From Guillardia theta CCMP2712 (taxonomy: Eukaryota; Protista; Cryptophyta): a DNA stretch of 64,000 nt. The DNA lies in NCBI RefSeq assembly GCF_000315625.1, contig NW_005434653.1, forward strand, positions 157,939 to 221,938, given 5' to 3'. Every line of letters begins with the position of its first letter. The stretch's first letter is position 1. Below the pieces are notes generated by a model. The model saw only the letters and a list, made by a program, of their open reading frames with translations, searched no databases and was not told where the DNA came from. The position numbers and the translations under genes were made by a program. This document shows positions 49,210 through 62,439 of the stretch, one piece after another.

Positions 49210-51982
49210 ATGGATTATCCTCCCACCTGCCGCCCGAAACAAGTTCATGAGAATGATTTTCTTGCATTGGACTTCTTGCCAGTATGCATCGAGATTGTCT
49301 CGTATGCACCTCCCTTTCCAAAGAATATTTGGGCAAACTCGAAGCACCTGAACCTGATAGGAGCATCGATCGAAGAGTACAAGAGCTATTCGTATGTCAT
49401 GTATGCAGATGATGTGGAGAAATCTCTTTGGGAGCATCGGTATCAGGCAGTGCAGGAGAAGTACAGGCATATCCTGGAGAGAAGCTCTATTGAGCATTAC
49501 AGGGGTGGCAAGAAAACAGCAGTTGAAACTGTGTATACCCCATGCGAAGTAACCATTGGAGGAGGAACTTTCATGTATGTTATGAAAGTGCACTGGCCCA
49601 TCGATACAGTGAATGAGGTTGGAAATAGTTGTTTGTACATTTCTCTTGATCGTATCCTGACTTCTATTTTCCACAGAACGAGGTTAACACTACGTACATG
49701 ACATCGTTGTTGGAGTGTTCCCCATATCCTCTGTGCTTCTTCACGACTGATGGTCACCTCATCACCTGCAATCCTGCTGCTAGACAAGTATTCGGGAAGA
49801 CAATCTGGCTGCAGAGTGATATCTTCGGCATGGGGGAGCGGGAGAGACGGGGGCTCAACGTTGCCGACATGCAATTCTCAGGATCCTTTAGAATCGAACG
49901 CACCGAGCGACGTACGGCATATGAGAACATGATGGATGCTCTGACAGCAGACGGTGCGACCTTTGAAGTGGATCTGCCAATGAAGAAGCAGCAGGATGAT
50001 GGTACCGAGACGGCCTGGTACTGTCGTGTGTTTGCGCAACGCCAGAAAGATCCCGTGACTGGCGAACCAATCATCATGGTCAGCCATCAGGATGTGACGA
50101 ACTTGAGGAAAGTTGAGGGAGAACTTGGTAGAATGCAAATGACTGAACAGACCAACAAGGCATTGATGAATCAGGACAGTGATGTTGCCGGATCTTTGCT
50201 CACTCTCCTCGGGGAGGATTGGAAGTTTCTGGAGAATCAACAGGAAAATATGCAAGATGAGATGGAACTTGAGGAAGCTATGGAGTGGGAATCAAGGACT
50301 GCCAGTGGAGTAACTTTGGGTGCAGACAACTGTATCACTCAGAGCCAGAAGCTGAAGGGATTGAGACTTTGTTTGGACAAGGCGGATGATTGGGACTTCG
50401 ATGTTTTTGAGTTGGAAAAGGAGGCAGACGGCTATCCACTTCAAGTCCTTACTTGGCACGTTTTCCAAAAGCATAACTTGATCGACGAGTTCAATCTGGA
50501 CAGAATAAAGCTCATCAATTTTTTGAGACAGGTAATGGAATTGTCGTACCATCCTGCTTGTCTCCTTATCGTCTGCCTGGCAGGTTGAGGCTGGACATAT
50601 GGAGAATCCCTATCACAATGCAACGCATGTGGCAGATGTCGTCCAATCTATGCACTGTATCTTATCAAAGGTAGGATAGACCGATTACTTGACCTGCAGT
50701 CTCTGACAGTGACATGGCAGGGGGGGCTAAGAAAGTTCGTGAGCCGAATGGAAGTACTTGCTGGACTTCTCGCTGCATGCATTCATGATTTTGAGCATCG
50801 AGGTCAGTCTTGTGAGTCTCGGATCCTTCTGGGCTGAAGGTTGACTGAAGGATTCAACAACGACTTCTTGATCAAAACTCAAGACGATTGGGCTATTGAC
50901 TCGAATGACAAGTACGGCAGTGCTTTTGAGCCGGGAGAAGTATTGACTTCGTTACCCTGCAGGAGTCCGAATGAATCTCATCACCTTGCTTCCGCTTGGA
51001 AGATTTTGCGAAATCCAGAAGCAAACTTCATTCATCGAATGCCGCATGCTCAGCAGGTACTTCCCGCGTCATCGTTCCTGTTTCCCTCTCCACTGACTTC
51101 ACCCACTCAGGTTCAGTTGCGCAAGCTTGTAATCGACATGGTACTAGCAACAGACATGGCCGAGCACATGGCGATTGTTTCTCGTTTAAAGACCGACCTT
51201 CAGAAGGTTCAGCATCAACACTTGGAAAGTTTCGGTGGAGTTGTAACTTGTTTTCGGCAGAGGCTGGAGAACCCAGACGATGGCATTGAGGGTCCACCGC
51301 CGGAGAATCTAAAAACTCTCGTGTTGCAGGTTTTCACTGCCTGCCAATTTTACTTCCAGATCTGATCAGGGGTTTACAGGGTGCGATTAAGATAGCAGAC
51401 ATTGGGCACCTTTACGCGGCTCATCATGTGAAACTTACCCTGGACGAGTGTAAGATCTGAACGGTAGGTGGCAGGTACATGTGAAATGGTCTGAGAGGTT
51501 GGAGGAGGAGATGTGGCTGCAGGTCAGTAGCACTTGTTGGGATGCGAGATGCCTGAGTTTGTCTGACAGGGCGATGTGGAGAAAGCAAGGAACATGAAAG
51601 TATGCCAGCGCATGTTTGGAAGGTTGTGGCTCCCCTCCTGACAAACTGCAGGTTTCCTTCTTGATGGACAGAGACAAACCTGGAGTCACAAAGTCTCAAC
51701 CTGGTCTCGCGATCTCTTGCCTGTCGTAGAGCTACTCACCAGTCGCCAGGCTTCGTTGACTTCGTGGTTCGCCCCCTGTTCGAAGTTTGGACTGCCTGCT
51801 TCCCAGAGGTTCGATGCAGCTTGACTGTTGCGTCTCAGTTGTACTGACGGCCTCCCGAGCAGTATAGAGTCCTGTTGGATAGGATAGAGACCAACTATCA
51901 GTTTTGGAAGTCAAGAGAGACCCGGTCTGGTACGCCCGAGTCAACAAAGTCGCAGGACCAAGCTGAGGCGAACAAGGACTGA
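49210..51982 (+). CDS. Class I cyclic-nucleotide phosphodiesterase with N-terminal PAS-like domain(s)
   Basis: ENPYHNATHVADVVQ, ACIHDFEHRG|FNNDFL, ESHHLA, VLATDMAEH, IKIADIGH, MDRDKPGVTKSQ, GFVDFVVRPLFE, NYQFW. PAS-like LLECSPYPLCFFTTDGHLITCNPAARQVFG. Start tentative. Confidence 0.9.
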
Positions 51983-52289
51983 GGCGGCTCCTGGCAGCCC
52001 CAGCTCCTACTCCATTCAAGAGGAGCCGGGGGGAGCCGCGGAAGTTTTTCGCTGTCTTGGAGGGCTGGGGAAACAGGGCCCCGCGAACGATGTGAATGTG
52101 ATAATAGTCTTGAAATCCTTTGAATGGAACCCCGCAAGTAGAAACTATGAATTGGGCTTTCCGCTGTCAGAACGACTCTGAGAAGTGGAGGGAGGCGAAA
52201 GTCAACTGACGTCCCCTACTCTTCGATCGTCCCCAAGCATACAGCAGTCCGCTTGCCAAGTGTTTCGAGTTGCAGCACGGGTACCGTAG

Positions 52290-52460
52290 TACGGTCGGAC
52301 CGGGAGCTCAGAACTGACTCTGTGAGTTGGAGGGTCACGGTTACGACGGTACTTCACCCGCCGGACGAACGTGCTGAGAGCCGCAGTGCTCAGTACCGTA
52401 CTGAGTACTGAACTGAGTCCGGCCGGCCTGCGAGTCCGGACCGGCCGCCCGGGCCCGGAT
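52290..52460. repeat. Palindrome-dense patch upstream of MUTYH
   Basis: Perfect hairpin CTCAGTAC-C-GTACTGAG at 52389-52405, plus ccggccgg and cccgggcccgg. Confidence 0.75.
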
Positions 52461-52583
52461 CCCACCGTAGTGTCGGAAACCAAAAGTTCATGTCTATTTC
52501 CCAAATGTTCCTGATCCGAGAACATTTCTTTAGGCTCAACAGGAACTTTTGCAGAGCTAGAGCTTCTTGTGGATTTGAGAGCA

Positions 52584-53579
52584 ATGGCGGGAAGTGTGCG
52601 GAAAGGAGGTAAGCATGGGAGGAGGAGGAGGAGGAGCGAGAGATGGAGGAGGGGGAGGAGGAGGTGGTGAGGAGGAGGAGGAGAAGGAAAGAGGTAGGTC
52701 GAATAGAAGAACAGAGAGGAGGGGGAGGAGACAAGCAAGCAGGGAAGGAATCACACGAAGGGCAAGGGGAGGCGGGAAAGGGAAGGAGGAGAAAGATTTC
52801 GTGGGACGGGAGCGCAGCAAGGAAGGTAGTGATGAAGGAACAAGTGCGTGACAAGTTCCAACGTAGACAGGGTCGGGCACTCTAGACTATCCCGCATGTT
52901 GATGACGATCTCATCCAAGGCCGCAGGATTGTCGTAGACAGAGAGTCAGATGTATCCTAGGATGCTGCGGCCATGGATGATGATGACGATTCATGCCGCA
53001 TACATATCGCATACTCCTCCTCGCACCCCATTCCTCTCCCCTCAGCATTGGAAGCAGACACTTGGCCCTATCTCCCTCACCACATGGCCAACGCTCGTGC
53101 TCCATCGAACAGACGGCGCGAGAGCGAACAGAGCTGTTCGTTGTCCTCACGCGTGCGTTGCCCTCTCAGGGAAGCGGTCGCAGCAGGGAGAAGAGGCCAA
53201 GGAGGGGGTGGAGGAGGTGGTGGACATCGAAGACATGGCGGACAGGGAAGGTCGGGACGGGAAGGAGCTTGGGGAGGACAAGGTAGGAGAAGCGGGCATG
53301 GCGTCAGATCGCATGACGGACGGGGAGCAGGCGAAGGAGATCGCGCAGCTGCTGGTTGAGTGGTACCAGGTGAACAGGAGGGACCTGCCCTGGAGGGATC
53401 AGAAGCGCTGGTCACAAGCAGCGTACGCGGTGAGGGGGCGATGGGAGGAAGAAGAGGTCGAGTGCTGACGTGGCGGTGGAGGTGTGGGTGTCGGAGATCA
53501 TGCTGCAGCAGACGCGGGTGCAGACTGTCATCCAGTACTTCCAGCGATGGATGGAGAGGTGCGGGGGAAAACCTCCCTC

Positions 53580-53621
<42 letters not shown>

Positions 53622-53843
53622 CTCCTCCTCCTCCTCCTCCTCCTCTTCCTCCTCCTCCTCCTCCTCTTCCTCCTTCTCCTCCCCCTCCTCCTAGCCGCAA
53701 CCTTCCTGCCTGCCTCCTCTCTCCTTTCACGTGCTCCCGCTCCCGCTCTTGCTCCTGCCCCTGCCCCTGCCCCTGCCCCTGCCCCTGCCCCTGCCCCTGC
53801 CCCTGCCCCTGCCCCTGCCCCTGCCCCTGCCCCTGCCCCTGCC

Positions 53844-53909
<66 letters not shown>

Positions 53910-54278
53910 TCCTTCTTCTCAGTCCTCAGCTCTTCATTCCTTCTTGCTCCTACTGCTCTTCACCCTCCTATTCTCCTGCCTTTGCCTCCGCACTTTCAGC
54001 TTCTGCCTCCTCTGACTTGATGTCTTTCCTCCGGCTCCTCCTTTCAGGTGGCCGACGGTCGAGGATCTAGCATCCGCGACTGAGGAAGAAGTGAACGAAG
54101 TGTGGAGCGGATTGGGATACTACAGGCGCGCGAAATTTCTTCTCTTGGGATCACGAGCAGTGGTGAGGGTTGATGGGGAGAAGGGAGAAGGAGGAGGAGG
54201 ACGAGCAAATGGGAAGGGAAGGCGGAGAGGTTTGGAGGGCCGTGAAGGAGGGAAGAAGGAAAAAACAATGGAAAGAAG

Positions 54279-54362
<84 letters not shown>

Positions 54363-56660
54363 AGGGGGAAGGAAGGGAACAAGAGGAGGGAGAAGGAAGA
54401 GGGAGCGGGATGTAAGGAGAAGGACGAGGAAGACGAGGAGGACGAGGAAAGGATAGCCTTATCATCGTGCAGGTTGAGAAGTACGGTGGTGTCCTGCCGC
54501 AGAAAGCTGAGGAGCTGAAGAAAATCCCGGGGATCGGCGACTACACGGCAGGAGCCATATCCTCCATCGCCTTCGGTCAGCAGGTGAGAGAGGGGGAGGG
54601 AGGGAGGGAGGGAAGGAGGGAGGGAAGGGGAGGGGAAGAGAAGGGAAGGGAGGGAGGAAGGTGAGGGAGGGAGGGAGGGAGGGGAAGGAGTGAATGAGCA
54701 AAGGATATTGGAAGCGAGAGAAACAGGAGGATATGAGGAGGATGCAGAAGAATGTCAAGAGGGAGGAAAGAGGAAGAGGAGGTGAAGGAGGAAGTAGAGG
54801 AGGAGGGGGAGCAGGAGGAAGTAAAGGAGGAGGTGGTGAAGGAGCCTATGAGGAAGAAGTAGAAGAGGAGGTGGTGAAGGAGGAGGAGGAGGAGGAGGAG
54901 GAGGAACAAGATGAAGAGGAGGAGGTGAAGGAGGAGGAAGGAGAGGAGGAGATTAGAGGGAGAGAAATGGCGGAGCGCACGACAAGAAACAAGGAGGAGG
55001 CAACACTATGGAATTTGTGTGTGTGTGTGTGTGTNNNNNNNNNNNNNNNNNNNNNNNNNNNNNNNNNNNNNNNNNNNNNNNNNNNNNNNNNNNNNNNNNN
55101 NNNNNNNNNNNNNNNNNNNNNNNNNNNNNNNNNNCTCCCTCCCTCCCTCCTCCCCCCCCTCCCCTCCCTCCCTCCCCTCCTCCATCCCTCCCTCCACTCC
55201 CTCCCTCCCTCCTCCCTGTGCCTCCTCCTCATTCTCCTCCTCCTCCTCCTCCTCGTCCCCATTCTCCCTTCCTCTTCTCCTGTTCCTCCTCCTCCCTCCT
55301 CCTTATCTGGATGATAATCGCAGGAGATGGGAGCGACTATCTGCACACCCAAGTCTCCCTCCTGCTCCTCCTGTCCCCTCCGAACTCTTTGTAGAGCCTA
55401 CGCAACCCAACAACAAGACCCTTCCCTCCCTGTCACTAGGTCCTCCTGCTCTTCCTGCTCCTGCTCTTCCCGCTCCTCCCGCTTCTCCCGCTCCTCCTGC
55501 TCCCGCTCCCGCTCCTCTGCAGCCCCTCAACATTTTCACCATCACCATCATCATCGCTTTCTCTCCCTCGCCTCGTCGTCTCCTCTCAATCTCTTTCCTC
55601 AGGTTTCCCGCGCAGTCCAAGAAGGCGAAGCCGAGGGAGGAGACGGTGGTCGTCTGCCTGGTGGTCGAGGAGGACAAGGAGCACAAGGCCATCCTTGGCA
55701 AGGAGACGAAGAGAAAGAAGGCAAAGAAGGGAGATGCGAAGGAAGAGCAGGAGGAGGAGGAAGGGGAAGGAGAGGAGGATGGAACTAGCAGCAGGCGTTT
55801 CCTGCTGATTCAACGGCCCAAGTCAGGCCTCCTCGCCTCCCTCTGGGAGTTTCCGACTGTTCCGGTTCAGCAAGAGTGCGAGCGGGAGAAGTGCAAGGAG
55901 GAGATGGCGACTTATCTGAAGGAGGCAGCGAGTCTGCAGGAGGGCAGGAGGGAGGAGAAGAGGAGGAAGCAGGTGAAGCAAGAGGGAGGAGGCGGAGCGG
56001 GAGGAGGAGGCAAGGGGGAGCTGGGACCGGAGGCTCTTGTGGGGAGGATGGAGCATGTGGGGGAGACGGAGTTTCTTTTCTCGCACATCCGGCAGAGGAT
56101 GGTGGTCCTGTCGCTGACGATCTCGTCGAGGAGGAGCGTCGGGATCGACGACACGCAGGTGGTCAGACATGCTCGCGTGCTCGCCTAACTCTGAGCTGCA
56201 GCATGGGGAGCAGGAGGAGGGGGAGGATGTTGTGGTGGTGGAGGATGAAGGGGCGAAATTATCGCAGAGCAAGGGAGGTAGGAAACGGCAGAAGGTCGTC
56301 AAGGGAGGGAAGGAAGGGAAGAAGAACGTCAGAGACAAGGTGGAGGAGGAGGAGGAGGAGGATGAGGAGGAGGAGGAGGAGAAGCGACAGGAAGCGTCTG
56401 CTTCTGCTTCAAGGCTGGTTCGGTCGCCTCCAACGAACGTGAGGTGGGTAGAGGAGGAGGAGCTTGAATCTGCTGCCCTGCCCTCCGTCATGCGGAAAGT
56501 CCTTCAAGTCTTCCTCGATCCTAGCAAGGAGAGAAGGAGGAAGGGGAAGGATGAGGGAGGAGAGAAGAAGAGGAAGGGGAAGGAGGCGAAAGACGATGGA
56601 AAGCAGAGAAGCATCGCACAGTTCTTCTCAAAGAAAGAGAAAAGCGAGAAAGCGCAGTAA
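52584..56660 (+). CDS. MUTYH: A/G-specific adenine DNA glycosylase
   Basis: [47 protein letters not shown] (HhH), [17 protein letters not shown] (4Fe-4S), [15 protein letters not shown] (NUDIX-like) and a C-terminal PIP box QRSIAQFF. Includes the gap at 55035-55134. Confidence 0.93.
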
Positions 56661-56863
56661 GGGGGAGGAGACGCGATTGGGGAGGGGAGTAGAGGAGAAG
56701 ACAGGGGGAAAGCAGACGGAAGACACAGGAGGAGGAGGAGGACGAGTGAAGGAGAAGACAGCAGGAGGGGAGGCAAGCAACGAAGACTTTGTGTTTAGGG
56801 ATATAAAAGAAACAATGAGAAACAATCGTCTATGACATCTCAGTACTGTCTTGTCTGCCCTCG

Positions 56864-59800
56864 TCAAAGTCCGCCATTCTCCGCCTGTGCGATCTTCTTG
56901 TTCGGCCGTCGACCGTTGCTGCCTCTTCCCTCCGATTTCGCTACAGGTCGCTGAAAGGAGGTCAGGAAGGAGAGGAGACGAGAGGACGATGGCGGTGCTG
57001 AAGGAGGGAGCACGGAAGGTGGGAGGGAGGAAACTAGGGGGTGAGGAAAGGGAGAGAGCAGAAGGGGAAAAGCTGAGGAACGTAGAGTAGCAGGAGGAGG
57101 AAGAAGACAGCAGAGGAGAGAGACAGCAGAGGAAGAGGAAGAGAGAGGAAGGGAAAGGAAGAGGGAGAGGAAGAGGGAGAGGGACTTACTTTGTTTCCTG
57201 ACTTTCTGCTGCTCCCAGCCTCTCCAGCCTCCTCGTGCTCTTGAGAGTTCGAGGCTGAAAGGTTTTGATCACTCAGAGAGAAGGGAGAGGGAAGGAGGGA
57301 AGACACATAGCGAGAAAAGAGGAGGAGGAGGAGGAGGAGGAGGAGGAGGAGGAGGAGGTAGGGTAGGGTAGGGTAGGGTAGGGTGGACGAGGAGGAAGGG
57401 GGAGGGGAAGGACGAGGAAGAGAAGGANNNNNNNNNNNNNNNNNNNNNNNNNNNNNNNNNNNNNNNNNNNNNNNNNNNNNNNNNNNNNNNNNNNNNNNNN
57501 NNNNNNNNNNNNNNNNNNNNNNNNNNNNNNNNNNNNNNNNNNNNNNNNNNNNNNNNNNNNNNNNNNNNNNNNNNNNNNNNNNNNNNNNNNNNNNNNNNNN
57601 NNNNNNNNNNNNNNNNNNNNNNNNNNNNNNNNNNNNNNNNNNNNNNNNNNNNNNNNNNNNNNNNNNNNNNNNNNNNNNNNNNNNNNNNNNNNNNNNNNNN
57701 NNNNNNNNNNNNNNNNNNNNNNNNNNNNNNNNNNNNNNNNNNNNNNNNNNNNNNNNNNNNNNNNNNNNNNNNNNNNNNNNNNNNNNNNNNNNNNNNNNNN
57801 NNNNNNNNNNNNNNNNNNNNNNNNNNNNNNNNNNNNNNNNNNNNNNNNNNNNNNNNNNNNNNNNNNNNNNNNNNNNNNNNNNNNNNNNNNNNNNNNNNNN
57901 NNNNNNNNNNNNNNNNNNNNNNNNNNNNNNNNNNNNNNNNNNNNNNNNNNNNNNNNNNNNNNNNNNNNNNNNNNNNNNNNNNNNNNNNNNNNNAAGGAAA
58001 CAGCGGAGGTACAGAAGGAGTGATGCAGCAACGATGATAAAAAGGAGAAAATCACCTTGCTGTGGTTGTTGAACCTCTCGTAATAATGTGTGTATCGTTG
58101 CAATGCCGTTCTAAGGTGAAAATGTCAGAAGGGTCGAAATCTTGTCTTGAGCGATGACGTCATACCTCCCTGACGCCATCTTGGACTCGTCGTCTACGAA
58201 TTTGTTGCAAGTATGCTGGTAGGTCTTGTGCTCAAGGAATATGGAGGAAAGGGAGAGGAGAGGAAGAAACTTGACAGGTGGGCAAGGGAAAGGGAATATG
58301 GAGGAAAGGGAGAGGAGAGGTGGGGACGGAAGGGAGAGGAGAGAGGAGAGAGGAAGGAGAGAGGAGAGAGGAGAGAAGGAATATGCCAGTGAAGGGGGAG
58401 AGGAGAGAGGAGAGGAGATCTCAAGGAAAGGAGAGGGGAGCGGGAAGTAGAGGCGACAGAGAAGGGAGGGGAGATGGGAGGGGAGAGGACGGGGTGGTCG
58501 TACCAAGACACACCCAGCAGAAGTGATGATCGCAGTGCTTGCAGTGCCTAGGAGGAGGAGAAGTCAGAGGGGGTCCACATGAGCTCAACTTCATGTCCCT
58601 CACATGTGATTGCAGCCCCCATCCTTGTTGATCGCAACCTTGCAGTTGGGACAGTCCTTGGTGTACGCCACCAGCCAGTTGCTAGTCGCACTGTCTTCCT
58701 GCAGCGAACGATGCGGGCTCTCAGACCCTTTGCATCCGGCAGCGCTCGACAGACCTGACACTTCTTTCTCCACTCCTTCACGTTGGAGCATTCAGCAGGC
58801 GCGTGTGGTTCCTGCGACCTGATAAGCAAGTGGAAGAGGGTTTGAGAGTTGTTTGTCGCACATCCAGGCAGTTGAAACACCAGACATGCCCATCGCTGCA
58901 TTCTACGCTTGTGTCGAAGCTGCGAGAGGGAAGCAGATTCAGCTCTTCTCAGACTCCGCTTGGCCTCGACATGCTCTGCATGGAAAGCAAGTTTACCTGC
59001 TGGGATCGAAAGAATCCGTGACCCGGATGGCATTAGTACAATCGGTTGCCTGTAAATGCAGAAGGTAAATCATCGCGCACAAATCTTGAAATTCGCACAG
59101 AGGTTCGATTGTTCATCAGAGAAGATGAACTAGGCTCGTACACAACATCACAAGAAATTTTCCTCAGATCTTTCATCGACACCACAGCCAAACCATGCAG
59201 AGCTTGATCACGACAAGAGTTCGGAGATAAGATAAGCTCAAAGGATCACCGGACACCACTTGATCGTTGGATTATTATTCACATAGGAGTCAATCAAACG
59301 CGTCTGATACTTCTTCAGAATCTCTGCAGATCCTGAAAGAATTCGTGTGAGAAATTGTCAAGCAGGACATCTAGACTGAATCATGTCCTGTCATGTGCCG
59401 ACATACTGATCAAAGTACTTTTCCACAACACCTTCTACCTCTTGCAAGAATTTCGACCTCACCTCCTGATCCTCTCAGCAGTTCTTCAACGAAGCATTCA
59501 TCCAAGATTATGTTGCAACGCTAGCAAGCAATCATAGGAGGAACAAGGATGAAGAAAAAGCCTTCTCACTCTTCTCTTCCCCTCAACGAATGTCTCCCCT
59601 GCGCAAGAGATCCTTGCTGCCTACAAAAATGTCAGGGCATCAACGCAAGCACAAGAGCTTCCAGCAGAATCACCTGACCCTCTTTCACTTGTGTTGTGAT
59701 GTGTCTTACCCAGCATGCATTGCAGAAGACATGCCCACAACCAGACGCCGTCTGCAGCAACGCCGATGTCTCACATCACCAGTATACTTCTCTTCATCGC

Positions 59801-60670
59801 AACTTACCGACATCCCCTTCTCGGCCTCCTCCCTCTCAAAGTCTTCCAGGCAGACCTGCGGTGCACACAGTTCCTACCGGCGAACTAGACACCATCAACT
59901 GTCTTACTTGGCACGTTATGGTCTGCTGATCTAACACAAAGCTCCCCGAAGACCCTCGTACAGCCACAGCATCGATAGCCTGAAGACAGCAATCAACCGA
60001 CCCTTGGCCCCCTCCATCCCTTCGCTACCTCTCCATTGACTGAGATCCCCGCCTTTGCAAACAATTTATCTTGATCGTCATAATACAACACTGCAACGTT
60101 CTCGAAGCTCCACTTCATCTCCTGCCGACCAGGGTGAGGGATCTAGAGCAGGTTCAGCCACATCAGTACCTGCAGCAGCTGCCTTGCAGTATGCCCAGGG
60201 AGCTTAGTTAACTCCACCACATTCTACGAGGCTGAAGCGTCAAGAACGGGCAAACAGGTACATCCCTACAAACACCTGGATCAGTTTCCTCTGCTCCTTG
60301 ACTATGTCATCCGCTGTCAACTTCACGTAGCATGACTCCGGCATGTTCTACACCACGGTAAGCGCGTGACACCATAGACCGGACACGCACCGATGGTCCG
60401 GAATGGTGCGAGTCTTTCGTGCAAACCTCCATCTGAGGACCATGAGGGTGAGTTTGACGACAGAAACATTCGCAATCATGTCCATAGAACAAAGTTCTCA
60501 CTGAGCAGTCGTCGTCGTCATCGTCGAAAATCTCATCCGAGTCATCGACATTACAGCTCATTCTATCACTGCCATCCTATGCCAAGTTTGAACTCAGGGA
60601 ATACCTGCACTACACAAGAGCTCAAAGACAAAGTTCTTCTTACCTCCTCCACATCTTCGCAGTCGGACAT
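56864..60670 (-). CDS. Ariadne-type RBR E3 ubiquitin ligase
   Basis: Acidic N-terminus, RING1 [23 protein letters not shown]2 [39 protein letters not shown], and [14 protein letters not shown]. Part of the gene lies in the gap at 57428-57993. Confidence 0.88.
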
Positions 60671-61759
60671 GTTTCCAAGGTTGCTGTGACGTAGAGGCTG
60701 ACGGCTGTCCGGTGCTCGTTCGAATCAAACGGCAGGCATCGCCTACCTGCAAAAGGCTGTCAAGTTCTACCAACCTCGTGACATTCTTTCAGTGGGCCGT
60801 TGCCATAGCAAGTCTTCATGAAATCAATCCTCCATTTACAATCCCATGTACCCTCGGTCAATACTGTAACGAGATAGCTGCTTTGTCTCGCGATGATCCT
60901 GCCTGCCCCTGGTATTATGTCGAAAAACTCTCTATCATGATGAATGTCTTCATCCTCATCCTACTCTCTGCCATCAGGGCTCCCCCTCATGCATAACATG
61001 TTCACCGAGTTTCATCAACCCCTCACGGCCCATCTCGTGACCCAATGGCACATTCATCAACCATGAACAAAGCACCACTCCACTATCCGTCTCCGCGTTA
61101 CAACCTGGCAGTCCTCCCCTCCCCTCTGCTTCTCTTCGTCTCTACTCTCTGCTCTTCTCGCCTCCCCCGCATCGGCCTTACTCCATCCTCTCATTGTACC
61201 GCCCCATTCCCGACCCCCCACTTTCCCACCCTTTCCAATAAAATCACCCCTACCCCCATTTCCCCTTCTTTCACCCCACCATATCCCCGTATGTACCCCT
61301 CTAGCTCTAGTAGTATACCCACCCATGACGCCAGTTTCTAATGTATGAAAAGATATCTTAAGTATTCAAATTATAATGTGTAATTTCAATCAAAATTATA
61401 GAAGACTCAAAAATGGTGTTGGCCACAGAGTACTGTCGGTCACAGGACACAGAGACAACCCCACCCCACCTGTCGTACCAATGACCCTCTTGTCAACACC
61501 CGTACTTTCCACATACTACCCCCTTCTTTCCTCTCTTTCTGTGTAGATGAGATGGTGGGTATGTACCCCAGGACACAGAATGACCACCCCCTCTGTTTTT
61601 CTGCGGGTCAAAACTTGGGTGTATGGGAGGGGGTTGTATTGCGATATGGGGGCCTAGCACTGGTGGGGGCTAGGGGGGTGGGGTTCAAGGGGTAGTGAGG
61701 GTAGGGGAGGGTACGAGCCGGGACATGTACATGATGGGGGGTCCGGTGCTGGGTCCGGT

Positions 61760-62075
61760 GGCCGTACAAAGGTCCTGAGGCAGGCTCGACTGCCAGGCTG
61801 TCTCGGGACGAGTCCGATCCGAAGTTCAACGGTTCCGAGTTCCGCCCGGCCCGGCGGGCCGAGTTCGGGAGTTCCGACATTGAGTCACGTTTTGAAAGTC
61901 CCACTTGAAGTTCCGGCAGGCGACTCAGTCACGGAGGCTGTCACTGCACTGCAGTTCATCGGGAAGTATCCGGCGGGCCCGGCCGTGAGGATGAGTTGCC
62001 GCAGCACGGGCCGGGCCGGGCCGCGGCCCTATGGCAGTCAAGCACGGGCCGGCCCGCGGACAGGGACTGAGCGGT
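61760..62075. repeat. GC-rich palindrome-dense patch upstream of the TIR gene
   Basis: gagtccgatccgaagttc, cccggcccgg, gactcagtc and gggccgggccgggcc. Confidence 0.7.
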
Positions 62076-62439
62076 CTCAATTTCAGTTTACTCCGCCTCA
62101 GCGACCTGAACCAAGATGGGAGCGAGCAGAAGGGAGGGAGGGAGGGAAGAGGACGAGGAGGAGGACGAGGACGAGGACGAGGAAGGGGACGAGGAAGGGG
62201 ATGGGGATGGGGATGGGGATGGGGAGAGGGAGAGGGAGGAAAATATATCAGGGAGAGGATAAACGAGGTAGGGTAGGGTGAAGGTGGGAGGGAGAGAAGA
62301 GATGGGAGATGGTGTGAACAAGAACAGATTTTTTCATTGGATACTCATAGAATCAGTTGTGGTTTTGCTCGTGTTACTCGGTCTCTTCCTGCAAACTCAT
62401 TCTTGTATGCAGCAAGTTGCGACAAGCCTCCTGTGAAGC

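Noticed and set aside
52829-52990. Box C-like TGATGA motifs in the first MUTYH intron as a snoRNA
   Set aside because: No suitably placed box D (CTGA) or terminal stem was found.
57273-58103. Long ORFs spanning N runs (also 11231-12427, 41785-42612 and 55019-56188)
   Set aside because: Their lengths are inflated by assembly gaps at 11438-11537, 42362-42461, 55035-55134 and 57428-57993.
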